Sequence record: MG655269.1 | Reading direction: 5' to 3' (one strand) | DNA: 64,000 bases | Translations under genes and position numbers: made by a program | Shown: piece by piece, positions 18,259 to 28,810 of the stretch | Layout: the number at the start of each line of letters is the position of its first letter | Numbering within the stretch: position 1 is the first letter of the stretch | The notes under the pieces: generated by a model | Databases searched by the model: none | Told to the model about the DNA's origin: nothing | Seen by the model: the letters and a program-made list of their open reading frames with translations, nothing else

Positions 18259-19233
18259 ATGGCTCAGCAGATCAGCGTGAACGACGTAGTTTATCCGTTC
18301 AACCCCCTTAATACCGTGGCCGGTGCCAAAGGCATTGTGGAGTCCCATACACTTACGCCAGCCAACGGTGTGAACTATGTGACTTTCGTTCCACGCGCAG
18401 CCCCTTTCTTTCGCCGCACCTTAGTACTCAAGAACAAAGCCAACAACCAGGTGTTAGTCGAAGGCCAGCATTATACCCTGGCGTATTTCTTTGCCCCATT
18501 CACCCAGCTGGTCTATAAAGGTGTCTACGGCGGTATTACAGTCAATGAACTGGATGCGCCAATTGAAGTCGAAGTGACCTATGATACCATCGGCGGGGAT
18601 TTTGTCCTGGACAGCACTGGTTATGCACAGCTGGCTGCTAACCTGGTAAACAACCCGCGTGAGTTGGATTGGACACAGATCGCTGATACCCCAGATACGT
18701 ACCCGCCGATCGACCACACCCACCCGGCTGACCAAACCCTGAACTACATGGATTACGTTGAGCAACTGCAGGCCATGCAGGCACTGGTCGCCAGCGCCAT
18801 CGGTGGGTATGTGGCCTCCCTCAATACCCACATCGACACCCAAGGTAATGCCCATGGCATGAAGCCGATCGATATCGGACTGGGTAATGTGATGAACTGG
18901 GCACCGGCTACGACCGAAGATATCCCGGGTGGCGGTACAACGCTGTATGCTTCACTGGCGATTGTGAAACAAGCTTTCCAGTACATGTACGGTGGCTTAA
19001 CCACCCCGGCGTTGAAGAGTGCGATTCTCAATGACTACCTGTCAGCAGAATCTGTGGTCCGTACCTTAACGGTATTGAATGAAGGCGCGTTACTGAACAC
19101 CGATGAAGTGGCGAACTTTGGTTTGTGGAAAACCTATCGGGCACAGATGTTGATCAAAGCATCAACCGGCAATACCACCGTGCTCACTCCGCCAGCGGTA
19201 AACGGAGCGTTCTCACGACTGTTAGGAGTCTAA
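18259..19233 (+). CDS. Tail-fibre/baseplate attachment protein, paralogue family 2
   Basis: Start refined (GGAG RBS); YPFNP...PRAAPFF N-domain and HIDTQGNAHG...IGLGNVMN fibre repeat. Confidence 0.7.
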   Translation: MAQQISVNDVVYPFNPLNTVAGAKGIVESHTLTPANGVNYVTFVPRAAPFFRRTLVLKNKANNQVLVEGQHYTLAYFFAPFTQLVYKGVYGGITVNELDAPIEVEVTYDTIGGDFVLDSTGYAQLAANLVNNPRELDWTQIADTPDTYPPIDHTHPADQTLNYMDYVEQLQAMQALVASAIGGYVASLNTHIDTQGNAHGMKPIDIGLGNVMNWAPATTEDIPGGGTTLYASLAIVKQAFQYMYGGLTTPALKSAILNDYLSAESVVRTLTVLNEGALLNTDEVANFGLWKTYRAQMLIKASTGNTTVLTPPAVNGAFSRLLGV

Positions 19234-19234
19234 C

Positions 19235-20497
19235 ATGAGCAGTACTTTATTTCCTGATGTACGTCGGTTGGAGTTTGACCGCTCAGGCGTTAGCGCTGAC
19301 AATCACATCACGGACGATTACATTGATCTGCCTGTGGCAGGATCAAACCGCGCGATCGTGTTAAAGCATGGGGCGTTCTATACCGACTCATTGATATTGA
19401 AAGATGACAGCGGCAATATCTTGGAGAAATGGGTGGATTACCAACCTGTCTATCCTTATAACCGCCCTGAGCTCAATATCACTGAGATGACCGGCAAGGA
19501 CAACGCCGCGTTTATCATGATCCTCAATCCCAGTCTGACTGGACGGGTGATCGCTGATTATCAGGCAGTAGGAATTCCAAGTGGGATCGCTAACCGGGAC
19601 TTGATCGACATCCTGGATGCCATTGCCAAAGATGCCCGTAAGTATTACTGGGATGATATCTTTGATAAGCCCGATAAGTTCCCGCCATCACCGCACCCAC
19701 TGGATATCAAAGACACCTACAACTGGGCGCCGATGACAGAAGCCATGGCACGGTTCGTGGATTGTTTGAAACACCTTGATCGTCTGCCAGCCATTCAGGA
19801 TTACATCGATCAGATCGACACGGTGTATAAGGACACGTTACCAAAACTCAATGCAGTTTATAGCGCGTTCCTTACCCACCGACGTAACTACAGTAACCCG
19901 CATCTTGATGTGAAGACCACAGTAGTTAATCTGAACAATGTGGATGATTTTGATATGGCGACCTTGGCAGAGGTCATTGCCGGCACCTCCAGTGTTAAGT
20001 TCATGTCACCGTACACCGGTTCGCAAGCGGCTTACAATACCCTGCTGAAGAATGACACCTCGTTAGTGCACGTTAACCGTGTGCCAATGGTGCAGTTCGG
20101 GGATCTGAGTACCACCGCGATTCCGTATACGATCGCCGGTTTCGTACTGACCATCACCGCTGACGTGCCGGCGATGTTGGCATCACGGGAGTTCACCCTG
20201 AAGAAAGGGGCGATCGACCTGACCAAGTTTGTCAGTGCCCCGGCGAACAAGACCCTCTTCCTCTATGTGCGTATCCGTAATGGACAAGCGAGCTATGAGG
20301 TCGCGAGTGCAGCATCACCTGAGACCACCACGTATATCAACGTAGGACGCATTGTAACCGGTGCATCTGCTATCACGTCTGTTACGATCAATAAGATCTC
20401 CGGACTCGGTACCGTGCGTGTCAGTGAGGTTCAGATTGGTTCTGCGATTGCAGTAACATCTGGTCTGCCATCCCAATCGGCGAATTTGAACTGGTAA
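19235..20497 (+). CDS. Tail-fibre-type protein, paralogue family 2 (short form)
   Basis: FDRSG..ADN N-domain, HRRNYSNPH repeat, and IDL...PANKT...IAVTSGLP C-domain shared with the next two genes. Confidence 0.75.
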   Translation: MSSTLFPDVRRLEFDRSGVSADNHITDDYIDLPVAGSNRAIVLKHGAFYTDSLILKDDSGNILEKWVDYQPVYPYNRPELNITEMTGKDNAAFIMILNPSLTGRVIADYQAVGIPSGIANRDLIDILDAIAKDARKYYWDDIFDKPDKFPPSPHPLDIKDTYNWAPMTEAMARFVDCLKHLDRLPAIQDYIDQIDTVYKDTLPKLNAVYSAFLTHRRNYSNPHLDVKTTVVNLNNVDDFDMATLAEVIAGTSSVKFMSPYTGSQAAYNTLLKNDTSLVHVNRVPMVQFGDLSTTAIPYTIAGFVLTITADVPAMLASREFTLKKGAIDLTKFVSAPANKTLFLYVRIRNGQASYEVASAASPETTTYINVGRIVTGASAITSVTINKISGLGTVRVSEVQIGSAIAVTSGLPSQSANLNW

Positions 20498-20530
20498 GGG
20501 TGAGTGGGTGATCCCCTCACCCACTTCCCT
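20497..20530 (+). promoter_or_regulatory. Hairpin with two mutually exclusive pairings, followed by CTATGACC
   Basis: AGTGGGTGA/TCACCCACT or GGGTGAG/CTCACCC. Confidence 0.45.
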
Positions 20531-20550
20531 ATGACCCAGGAGAGGTTTCG

Positions 20551-23500
20551 ATGAACACCCCGATTTTAACGAAGTATAAATTTGACCCCACGGGGAAAGA
20601 TCCCGAGAACCTGATTGGTGGCGAACGCCACACTGTTGCGGCGGGTCCAAAGAACAAAATCATCGCCGTGTTTGAAGGTCCCTTTTTCTCAGCCAGTGCC
20701 AAAGTGCGCTTGCTTGACGGCAGTTACCTGGAACCCTGGGTAGACTTCCAACCCGTGCACCATTTCCCTGAAGCCTCCAAACGCACCGGGAAGTCCTGTA
20801 CGTGCTTTATCAAGATCCTCAATGAATCGGTCAATGGAGATGTCTTTATTGAGTACCAGGTAGTGGGGGGTGAGTTCACCTTCAACAGCATCACGCTTGA
20901 GAACCTGTTGTGGGCAATCATTAATGATGAGCGTTCGGTCCTGTGGGATAACATCAACAACCGTCCCGCTACTTACCCGCCGTCGTATCATACCCATGAC
21001 ATCTTCAATGACACGTATGGCTGGGATGATCGTATCGCTTTCAGTAACTGGATCTCGGATTACCTGATCCTCGGTGGCGAGCGCTTGAACTACGAAGGCT
21101 TTACCAACAAGGTCAATGTGGTACTGGATGAGATCACCACCATTCAGGCGAACATCTTAGCCCAAGTTGCTGAGCATGAAGCCGATCACACCAATCCGCA
21201 TGCCGATACGGCAAAGACCTTGGGTTACAACAAACTGCAGAACCTGGCCACCGCGAACGAAGTGCAGGCGCTGGAAGGGCAACGTACCGATCTGCGTCTT
21301 ACCGTGAAGACGGCTGAAAGCATTCTGGCGGATGCAGTAAAAGGCTATTCGGTCAACCTGATTCACCAGGGGATTATTCCGGTCAGTCGCTTTGGTAACC
21401 TGAACTTCTTACAACCAGGGATCATCGGGTCGTTTGAAGGGGCGTCGATGGTTGAAGCAGAAGATCACTACGCCCAGAACGTTGAGAATGACGGCACATA
21501 CATTCGTTTACGTCCAGGGACCAACGGTGAATCTATTGCGTTGTATTACGACTATGTCACCAACATCCACAACAACATTAATACATTCACCGTCACCAAC
21601 ACCAATAACAAATACACACCTGCCAGTTTGGATCAGGCGTATATTCCGGCGCGCTTATTTGACTGTCAAGGTGATGTAATTGCCGGGATCATGTACAACA
21701 AGGCCGCATTGCCGAGCACTGCTGATTATAAGTACTGGGTGGCGCTGACCAACGGCACACTGGACAGCACCAAGCATAACTGCGCGGTTATCAACAATGC
21801 CTATTTTACCATGGATGACGGCACAACCCAAGACTTTCGTACCGCCTGGACCCAGTTTTGTTTGATAGGTTCTCGGATTTACATCATCCATCAGAATCCA
21901 AACATCGCTACTACGATGGAGGCCGGTGGTTCAATCTCTGTCAACGCAATTCCCCAATTCTATCTCGGGTATATTAACGTTGCCGATGTAGTGGCCGGCG
22001 GTCCGGTGAATGTGACTCAACTTACGGGTTGGGCAACAACGCTGTTAGGTCAGACCCGTACAGCAGCTCGCAGTATGCAAATCTGTGATCAGGTGATTGG
22101 TCGCTCTAATCAGCACGTTCTGGTGCGTTATGACGGAAATCAATACGTCAAAGCACAATACCGCTCATGGCCAGGTGGTTATGGTAAATTGGTTGCCAAC
22201 ACCGACGGTACGTTAACCATGTTGGTTGACTTCACCCTCAACGTTGATGGTCGCAACAATTCCAACATCTCAATGTTCCCAATCCGTTTCATTGTGGACT
22301 TAAATGCCAAGACTGTGCGGTCACCCGAAACGATGAACCCGTTTGTGATTATCGACGCCCCTAACAGTAACCTGACCATGACGGTGAATACCAACGGGTC
22401 TAACCTGAACATGTTCAAACTACGCGGGGTAAATGATGGCGGGACGGCACTGACCGGTGATTACCACGGCAGTCGGATGATCACGAAGAAAGGGTATTCA
22501 ATCTGCACCCATCGCCAACAATCCACCAACCTCGGTTTGCGGGTTGATGTCCAACAGATCCCGAACTTTACGAACATCGATGCCTACTGGCGCAATCCAG
22601 CCGGGTACAGTAATGTACTGTATCGTTCAGTAGGGGATGACACCTCCTACGGTTCTGAGGCCAAAGGTAACTTACGCTGCCCAATCCTCTTCCCGAACAA
22701 CCGTTTAGGTTTCTACACTCTGGACTCTAGCGGTACGCATTTTGTGTCACAGCCGCTCATTGGTAATGGTGATTTCGTTTATAAACTGATCGGACTTGGA
22801 ACAGTGCAGGGTTTCCAGCCCTCGAACGACCGTGTGAAGGCTGTGATTAAGTACCCTGCCCGTGAGATCATCACTGAGATCAACGGCGGGTCTGTGGTCA
22901 CGCATTGCCGTTCAATCTCTGATGATGCGCCCGCGGGACCGGCTAATATTGATTACTTGCTCAATGAATCGGGCAGTATCAGTACCGATGTGAACTATCT
23001 ACGGTCGCAGGGCCAACGTGTGTTAACTCAACTCGGTATCACGGCAGCTAAGTTCAGATGTATTTTGTTTGTACCGACCGATGGCGGGATGTCATTGATG
23101 TTGAAGGTTGTGGGGTATACTCCCCCGCAAGCTAACGGCATTACTAACACCATCACTGCAATCGCAACTGTGACGTATGGCGGTGCACGTGATGGTGTGT
23201 TAGCTGGCTGGACTGCCAATGTGGATGATATCATTAGCAAACCGGAAGTGGTCGGTACGTCAGATATCTCCCGCATCCAAACGACTTTTGGTTTATTGAC
23301 ATATAAGGTAGGGAATGAATACATCGTTGCGATGGGTGGGTTCTATTGCCCTTACACAGTAGGTCCGGCTAACAATTTACCATTAGTGTACTTAAAAATG
23401 ACTAATGGTCGGATTGCCGGCAATCCATCTAACCAGTACTTTGTTTCGCCGTACGTCGACTTGCTGTCTAACACACCGTTTGCACTGCCGGGCAAGGGTT

Positions 23501-24042
23501 TGTTTGTAACTTACTCAGACGGGAACTACACCACTCCTGTAACGCCTGATGCGGCGGCTGCGGTAGGTCCGTGCGCGATTGTGGTTGCGGGTCAGGGCGA
23601 GGATTTCGAGAAAGTACGGCAATGGACTATTCCAGGCAACTCTACGATGGTGCTGTTGTCACAAACAGTAGAACAAGGCTGGATCTTGTACTTTGCTGAA
23701 GAGATCCCGGTGATTCTGAATGGGCGGGAGTACGCCTTACCGATCACCAGTATCGACCTGCGTAATGTGAAAGCTAACCCGGCGAGCACCACCTTCTTTG
23801 TCTACATTGAAGCTGTGGATGCAACTACTGCGAAGTACACCATCTCAGCCACGGAGTTGGCGGCTGCGACCACACGGATGTTCATTGGCACGGTAGCAAC
23901 CAATACGTCACAGATCAACACGATCAACGTGACCAAGCGATCGGGTCTGAATAAGTACCAGATCTCTGCGGTGAAAGCCGGATCGTCTATTCCGGTGTCA
24001 ACCGGCTTGCCGTTCCAACGCGGTAACTGGAGTCAGGAATAA
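20551..24042 (+). CDS. Long tail fibre / receptor-binding protein
   Basis: 1163 aa; YKFDPTGKDPEN N-domain, HTNPH repeat, FGNLNFLQPGIIGSFEG, beta-rich N/T/G body, family C-domain. Confidence 0.8.
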   Translation: MNTPILTKYKFDPTGKDPENLIGGERHTVAAGPKNKIIAVFEGPFFSASAKVRLLDGSYLEPWVDFQPVHHFPEASKRTGKSCTCFIKILNESVNGDVFIEYQVVGGEFTFNSITLENLLWAIINDERSVLWDNINNRPATYPPSYHTHDIFNDTYGWDDRIAFSNWISDYLILGGERLNYEGFTNKVNVVLDEITTIQANILAQVAEHEADHTNPHADTAKTLGYNKLQNLATANEVQALEGQRTDLRLTVKTAESILADAVKGYSVNLIHQGIIPVSRFGNLNFLQPGIIGSFEGASMVEAEDHYAQNVENDGTYIRLRPGTNGESIALYYDYVTNIHNNINTFTVTNTNNKYTPASLDQAYIPARLFDCQGDVIAGIMYNKAALPSTADYKYWVALTNGTLDSTKHNCAVINNAYFTMDDGTTQDFRTAWTQFCLIGSRIYIIHQNPNIATTMEAGGSISVNAIPQFYLGYINVADVVAGGPVNVTQLTGWATTLLGQTRTAARSMQICDQVIGRSNQHVLVRYDGNQYVKAQYRSWPGGYGKLVANTDGTLTMLVDFTLNVDGRNNSNISMFPIRFIVDLNAKTVRSPETMNPFVIIDAPNSNLTMTVNTNGSNLNMFKLRGVNDGGTALTGDYHGSRMITKKGYSICTHRQQSTNLGLRVDVQQIPNFTNIDAYWRNPAGYSNVLYRSVGDDTSYGSEAKGNLRCPILFPNNRLGFYTLDSSGTHFVSQPLIGNGDFVYKLIGLGTVQGFQPSNDRVKAVIKYPAREIITEINGGSVVTHCRSISDDAPAGPANIDYLLNESGSISTDVNYLRSQGQRVLTQLGITAAKFRCILFVPTDGGMSLMLKVVGYTPPQANGITNTITAIATVTYGGARDGVLAGWTANVDDIISKPEVVGTSDISRIQTTFGLLTYKVGNEYIVAMGGFYCPYTVGPANNLPLVYLKMTNGRIAGNPSNQYFVSPYVDLLSNTPFALPGKGLFVTYSDGNYTTPVTPDAAAAVGPCAIVVAGQGEDFEKVRQWTIPGNSTMVLLSQTVEQGWILYFAEEIPVILNGREYALPITSIDLRNVKANPASTTFFVYIEAVDATTAKYTISATELAAATTRMFIGTVATNTSQINTINVTKRSGLNKYQISAVKAGSSIPVSTGLPFQRGNWSQE

Positions 24043-24049
24043 CCAGCAC

Positions 24050-24074
24050 GGGGGAGGTGACTCCCCCTTTCTTT
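24050..24074 (+). terminator. Intrinsic terminator between the two long fibre genes
   Basis: GGGGGAG-GTGA-CTCCCCC then TTTCTTT. Confidence 0.7.
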
Positions 24075-24090
24075 ATTGAAAGGAGTTGCC

Positions 24091-27000
24091 ATGAGCAGCA
24101 ACCTTGTGGTCGAGCCAGGTAGTTGGGGTGAGTTCTATGCCTCGATTGAAGCTTTGACCTGGAAGTTACAAAACTCACGTTATTCTCAGTATGATCTGGC
24201 TTCCACGGTAATGGTCAACTTTGAAAACGATGTTGATGATCTGGTAACCAGTGCACAGACCCTTTTGGCCAGCCACCAGGCACGTCGGGATAATGTCCAT
24301 CAGGTGAACGCCGAGCAGTTGGGGTTTGGCTTAGTCGATAACTTTAAAACTGCAACCGTAGCACAAGCCGGCGAAGGCGGATACCCCAATCTCTTTGTTA
24401 CCCCACAGGGGTTTAATGCCCTGGCGAGTAAAGTGTTTGCAGATTTCGGTTCATCACTTCATCATCAAGGGATCAACCCAATCTCGTCGTTTGGTTCGCT
24501 GTCTTTCCTCCCCCCTGACGTCTCCGGTTCTTTTGAAGGTTCAGGTCAGGTATCGGGAAACTCAGCCAGTCCAATGATCATTGAAGACGATGGAACATTA
24601 GTGGGGTTGCGCTACGGTACCACAGGTACCACCGAAGGATTGTACTACTTCTACTTACCAACCGCTGAAGACCGTATTGATAACGCGTCTGTTATTCGCA
24701 CCAACTTTAAGTATGCACCTGCAAACTTACCGGCGGGGGCTTATTGCACCGATGTTTACAATACCGAGTCGGATGTGCTGCTGGGGAATATCAAAGGGTC
24801 ATCAAGCTACAATTGGTTTATCTCCATTACCAACGGAACGTTTGACGCCACCAAACACAACACCGCTTACTTCACTATCAACGGTGATCCGGACCTTGCT
24901 TACCTGGGCAAGTATTCCACGGCGCTGGTAGTCAATGGCTATGTTTATATTTTCGGCATGCTGGATGACGGCTTTACCACCAACCGACCTATTGGTGGTG
25001 AGTTGAAAAACACCAACCCCATTGACATGGTGGTTTGGCGGGTAGCGGTAAGCAGCATTATTAATAACAATGCGGTGACCCTTGAAAAGATCAGTGCCTG
25101 GTCTACCAAAGATATCTGGGGTGACACAACCAGCAATCCCCGTATTCAACTCAGTAAAATCGCGATCAGTGAGAATGCGGCTGACAAACCGTATGTGCAG
25201 GTGAATGGTGCGCTGGTGCGCTCAGTAATCGTTCGTAATGCCCAGCGTCGTCTGTTTGCCGTGGTTGACCCAAGCAACCCTAACCGTATTCGGTTGGCGG
25301 TTAACCACACCTTTTATGCGCAGCTCTCAACCGGCAGCAGTTATAACGGCAGTTGTGCGTTGAGCCTGTTGCTGGATCTGACTGCAAAGACCGCGGTGGT
25401 GGAAGATAACGCCAACCGTATCCTGGTCGGTGTAAATGGTCAGACGGTTACGGTGTCCGGCAATACTCTGCTGACCGATAACCTGTTAACGGGCTCGGCA
25501 TTAGGGGGTAACTGGCATCCGAACGTTACGTTGACCTCACGCGGCTATCTGTTCTGTCGCACCTCGGGTAACCAGCCTGATGAGAACCCACGGTTCAGTA
25601 AAGGACTGATCACCAACTTTACTACCCGGTTTGAAGCGATGCGGATTCGGTCACGTCAAGTGCGCCAGATAACCCTGGTTACCGACCCATTGGTTACCGG
25701 TACGGCACTGACCAACAACTTCATGAAGCCACAGTACTTGGCCGGTAATGCGTTGTTGCTCACCAGTAACCCGTACAAGACGCCCGGGTATTACGCTTAC
25801 GGTACAACTAAACGGGTATTGCTTACCGGATCACCTACCTTTAACTACACGCTGAACTCTGGTGTGACGTTACAGGGCTGGGCGCCTAACAGCAACCGTT
25901 ATGAAATCACCGATGCCAACAACCCACCCCGCAATCGCTTTTACCACATCATCACCCAGGTTGACAGTGCCGGTAATGTGACCTCCAGTCCGTCAGTGTT
26001 GTCAGATGGCAGTTCTGCACAAGTGGGTACTTCCATTGACGCTAACCTGAACATCACCGGCTCGATCACCTTTAACCAGGCTGAACTTAACACCGTGGCG
26101 AAAGCGGCGTGTCAGACCGCCCTGGGGGCTGCGCCGTCGTTGTGGCGTGGTTTGATCTATGTCCCGCAGGATACCGCGGTGCCGTTGATCATGGTGTGTA
26201 CCGGTGAAGTACTGCGCAGTGACGGTAACGGTTATCGGGTGAATCACTCGTTGGTTGAGTTAACGTACACCGGTGCGCGTTCAGGGAACATCACTGGCTA
26301 TACCGTGAAGCGGGTACTCAACTCACAGCTCAATGACCAGCAACCAACCGGCGTGCCGTTAGAGCTGGCGTGTAACGGTGGGTTGAACATCTACAAAACA
26401 GCGGCGGGGGATTATCTGCTGGGGATTGGGGAACCTACCTTCCATCAGACCTACGGTGGGATCTACGGTTATGTCTGGTATGCGGCGATCAAAGCAGGCA
26501 CAGGCACCATTGAAGACAGTTCGTTAAAAGCCTTTAACCATGGCTATTATCCGACGTCCGTTAACCCAACCCCGGTTGTGGTGCCGGGTTATGGTTTGTG
26601 TGTAATGGATTATCAGACGCAGCAGGCTAACGCCAACGCCCTGATGATTGTGGATGTGATGGCGGCAACCTACGCCGAGTTTGTTGCCTGGACATCCAAG
26701 CGTAAGCTGGTCTTAACCGCTCAACAGGTAGAACAAGGGTATCTCGTTTACTTCACGGCACCCACTCAGGTGTTCATGGCTGGTAACGAATACACCCTGC
26801 CTGCGGGTAACATTGACCTGCGTACCATCACTGCCAATCCTGCCAGTAAGACGTTCTATGTTTACGTGCAGTTAGTCGACGAGCAGGTGCAATACCTGAT
26901 CACCCTCGATCAGCTTGCCCCAACCATAACGTTGATGTATATCGGCAAGATTACCACCAACACCACGCAAATCAGTAGCATTGCTGTTGATAAACGTATC

Positions 27001-27546
27001 CGCATCGAAACCTTCGAATTGTCAGCTACCCACATTGGGTCGGGTATTCCGATCACGACAGGCGTGCCGTCAACCGCGGGTAACTTTGCATGGCGTAATG
27101 GTTACTTGAAACTGATGAGCTTTGCAATGCAGCTGGACTATAATGGTATTGTGACAGTGAATCTGAGAACGGGTGCGGTAACCATTGAAATGAGTGTCTC
27201 TGGTACACCACCAGATTCTGTGAGCAGAACAAGAACACAGACTGTCTGGTCTACTGGTGAGACCTGGGTGCCTGGTCTGGTGACGGTGGGGACCGAAGCA
27301 TCAGGGGCAAGCGATGCATTCAATACGTACGCGAGTACATCGAAAACCTTCCCAGCTCTGGCGAGGTCAGATATCGCAAACAGTACTGGGCTTGCAGTTA
27401 TGATGGGTAACGAAAGTAACCCAACTAACAAAGGCGTCTTTACTCAGCAGCCAAGTGCAGCCAATGACTATACCCTTAAGTGGAAAGTCACTGATACACC
27501 GGGTGGTGCTGGCGAATACACCTTTGATCTGTATGTGAAATACTAA
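24091..27546 (+). CDS. Long tail fibre / receptor-binding protein with an extra C-terminal module
   Basis: Start refined (AAGGAG RBS); HQARRDNVH repeat, FGSLSFLPPDVSGSFEG, family C-domain, then 150 additional aa. Confidence 0.8.
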   Translation: MSSNLVVEPGSWGEFYASIEALTWKLQNSRYSQYDLASTVMVNFENDVDDLVTSAQTLLASHQARRDNVHQVNAEQLGFGLVDNFKTATVAQAGEGGYPNLFVTPQGFNALASKVFADFGSSLHHQGINPISSFGSLSFLPPDVSGSFEGSGQVSGNSASPMIIEDDGTLVGLRYGTTGTTEGLYYFYLPTAEDRIDNASVIRTNFKYAPANLPAGAYCTDVYNTESDVLLGNIKGSSSYNWFISITNGTFDATKHNTAYFTINGDPDLAYLGKYSTALVVNGYVYIFGMLDDGFTTNRPIGGELKNTNPIDMVVWRVAVSSIINNNAVTLEKISAWSTKDIWGDTTSNPRIQLSKIAISENAADKPYVQVNGALVRSVIVRNAQRRLFAVVDPSNPNRIRLAVNHTFYAQLSTGSSYNGSCALSLLLDLTAKTAVVEDNANRILVGVNGQTVTVSGNTLLTDNLLTGSALGGNWHPNVTLTSRGYLFCRTSGNQPDENPRFSKGLITNFTTRFEAMRIRSRQVRQITLVTDPLVTGTALTNNFMKPQYLAGNALLLTSNPYKTPGYYAYGTTKRVLLTGSPTFNYTLNSGVTLQGWAPNSNRYEITDANNPPRNRFYHIITQVDSAGNVTSSPSVLSDGSSAQVGTSIDANLNITGSITFNQAELNTVAKAACQTALGAAPSLWRGLIYVPQDTAVPLIMVCTGEVLRSDGNGYRVNHSLVELTYTGARSGNITGYTVKRVLNSQLNDQQPTGVPLELACNGGLNIYKTAAGDYLLGIGEPTFHQTYGGIYGYVWYAAIKAGTGTIEDSSLKAFNHGYYPTSVNPTPVVVPGYGLCVMDYQTQQANANALMIVDVMAATYAEFVAWTSKRKLVLTAQQVEQGYLVYFTAPTQVFMAGNEYTLPAGNIDLRTITANPASKTFYVYVQLVDEQVQYLITLDQLAPTITLMYIGKITTNTTQISSIAVDKRIRIETFELSATHIGSGIPITTGVPSTAGNFAWRNGYLKLMSFAMQLDYNGIVTVNLRTGAVTIEMSVSGTPPDSVSRTRTQTVWSTGETWVPGLVTVGTEASGASDAFNTYASTSKTFPALARSDIANSTGLAVMMGNESNPTNKGVFTQQPSAANDYTLKWKVTDTPGGAGEYTFDLYVKY

Positions 27547-27597
27547 ATCGGCATAGAGGGAGAGGTGTTAACCTCTCCCTCGTGCTTTATGCCGATT
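27546..27597. terminator. Bidirectional hairpin with perfect AATCGGCATA/TATGCCGATT flanks
   Basis: 11-bp stem GAGGGAGAGGT/ACCTCTCCCTC between the convergent fibre and spike genes. Confidence 0.85.
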
Positions 27598-28534
27598 AAA
27601 CAGGACCACCAGTTTCTGAACCGCCTTTCTGTACCCCACCGTGCAGGTGACCGGTTAGTGAGATACCGGCTGCGACAACATCCGCTGGGGTGTTTAAACC
27701 GCCAGAGGTCTCAATGTGACCATTGTGGTCGATGTCACCAATCATACTGATCCCACCTGGGGAGTTAATCGTGGTTTTATTAGTAATAAGCTCGAAGGAT
27801 TCATTAGCCGTGATCTTCATGGTTTTGCACAACATGGAAATCAGTTCTTGGGCAGTGAGATTGAAGTTCTCTTGCGCAATGATTTCAATGTTCTTTTTGC
27901 TCATGGTGATCAGGCACTTGTCAGTATTGGTGATCTGCCATAACGCCTCAAGCGAGTTCAGGACCAAGTTGTTGTCCAGGTCATCCGCCAATGAGAAGAT
28001 CGCTTCACCGTAATCCGCCTTGATGACATACTGGACTTGTTCGCCATTCATCTTCGAGTTGGACATCATGAAGTGTTTTTTATGAGAGGACCATTCAATG
28101 AAGTACCAGTCTCCTTCACCGATGTTCTTATCTTCAGTGGTGGCCGGCGAGCCACTCAAGGCAATGATGATGGTCTCTAAACGTCGCAGGTCATCATCCA
28201 GACCCGTTTCCGTCCAGTAGTACTTGTCCTCGTCACCAATCTGCCAGATCACGACACGTTCACCTTTGACCACATCGGGGGCGGTGACGCGGTTAGAACG
28301 GAATGGGAACCAGATTGCTGCGATGGTGGAGTCCGTTACCACTTTGTCTTGGGTGCTGTCACCCGACGAGGTCTTGCCATTATGGGTGATGACCTGTGGG
28401 TTCACTTCAGCTTCACCCGACATCATCGGTGCAGTTTCACGGGGAATAACTTGAATCTCTTTGCTGTTGGTGCTCTTGACTGCAGCCACCACACCCATAG
28501 AGTAAAATTTAAGAACCGATACGTTACTGGCCAT
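27596..28534 (-). CDS. Baseplate central spike (gpV/gp138-like, phiKZ gp164-like)
   Basis: OB-fold-like N-terminus (RVTAPDVVKGERV), beta-helix repeats, and GISLTGHLHGGV tip with the HxH metal-binding motif. Confidence 0.85.
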   Translation of the reverse strand: MASNVSVLKFYSMGVVAAVKSTNSKEIQVIPRETAPMMSGEAEVNPQVITHNGKTSSGDSTQDKVVTDSTIAAIWFPFRSNRVTAPDVVKGERVVIWQIGDEDKYYWTETGLDDDLRRLETIIIALSGSPATTEDKNIGEGDWYFIEWSSHKKHFMMSNSKMNGEQVQYVIKADYGEAIFSLADDLDNNLVLNSLEALWQITNTDKCLITMSKKNIEIIAQENFNLTAQELISMLCKTMKITANESFELITNKTTINSPGGISMIGDIDHNGHIETSGGLNTPADVVAAGISLTGHLHGGVQKGGSETGGPV

Positions 28535-28607
28535 AGCTAACCCTAATGTTATTTTTTACGTAACCCGACCATTCTATAAACCAGATCGAATTAATAGGAA
28601 TCGATAA

Positions 28608-28799
28608 ATGAACCAAGTCTTCTTTATTGAGGCAGCGCCTCAGCGTTTACCGCAGTGGCTCAACCAAGCGATTCTTGACGGCCGTGTTCTTGTGCGCGGT
28701 GACTCCGTAGTAGACTACCCGTTTTACGTGGTCGACGGACAGGTCGCAACAGTCGGCCAAAGCCTGGTCTTTGACGGGCAAACTATCACCATTAACTAG
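28608..28799 (+). CDS. Small hypothetical protein
   Basis: 63 aa, AGGA RBS, directly upstream of the SbcC-like gene. Confidence 0.6.
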   Translation: MNQVFFIEAAPQRLPQWLNQAILDGRVLVRGDSVVDYPFYVVDGQVATVGQSLVFDGQTITIN

Positions 28800-28810
28800 C
28801 GGCGCACATC

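Noticed and set aside
18259-27546. Diversity-generating retroelement or invertase shuffling of the fibre genes
   Set aside because: No reverse transcriptase, recombinase, near-identical TR/VR pair or inverted crossover sites seen; paralogue similarity is at protein level only.
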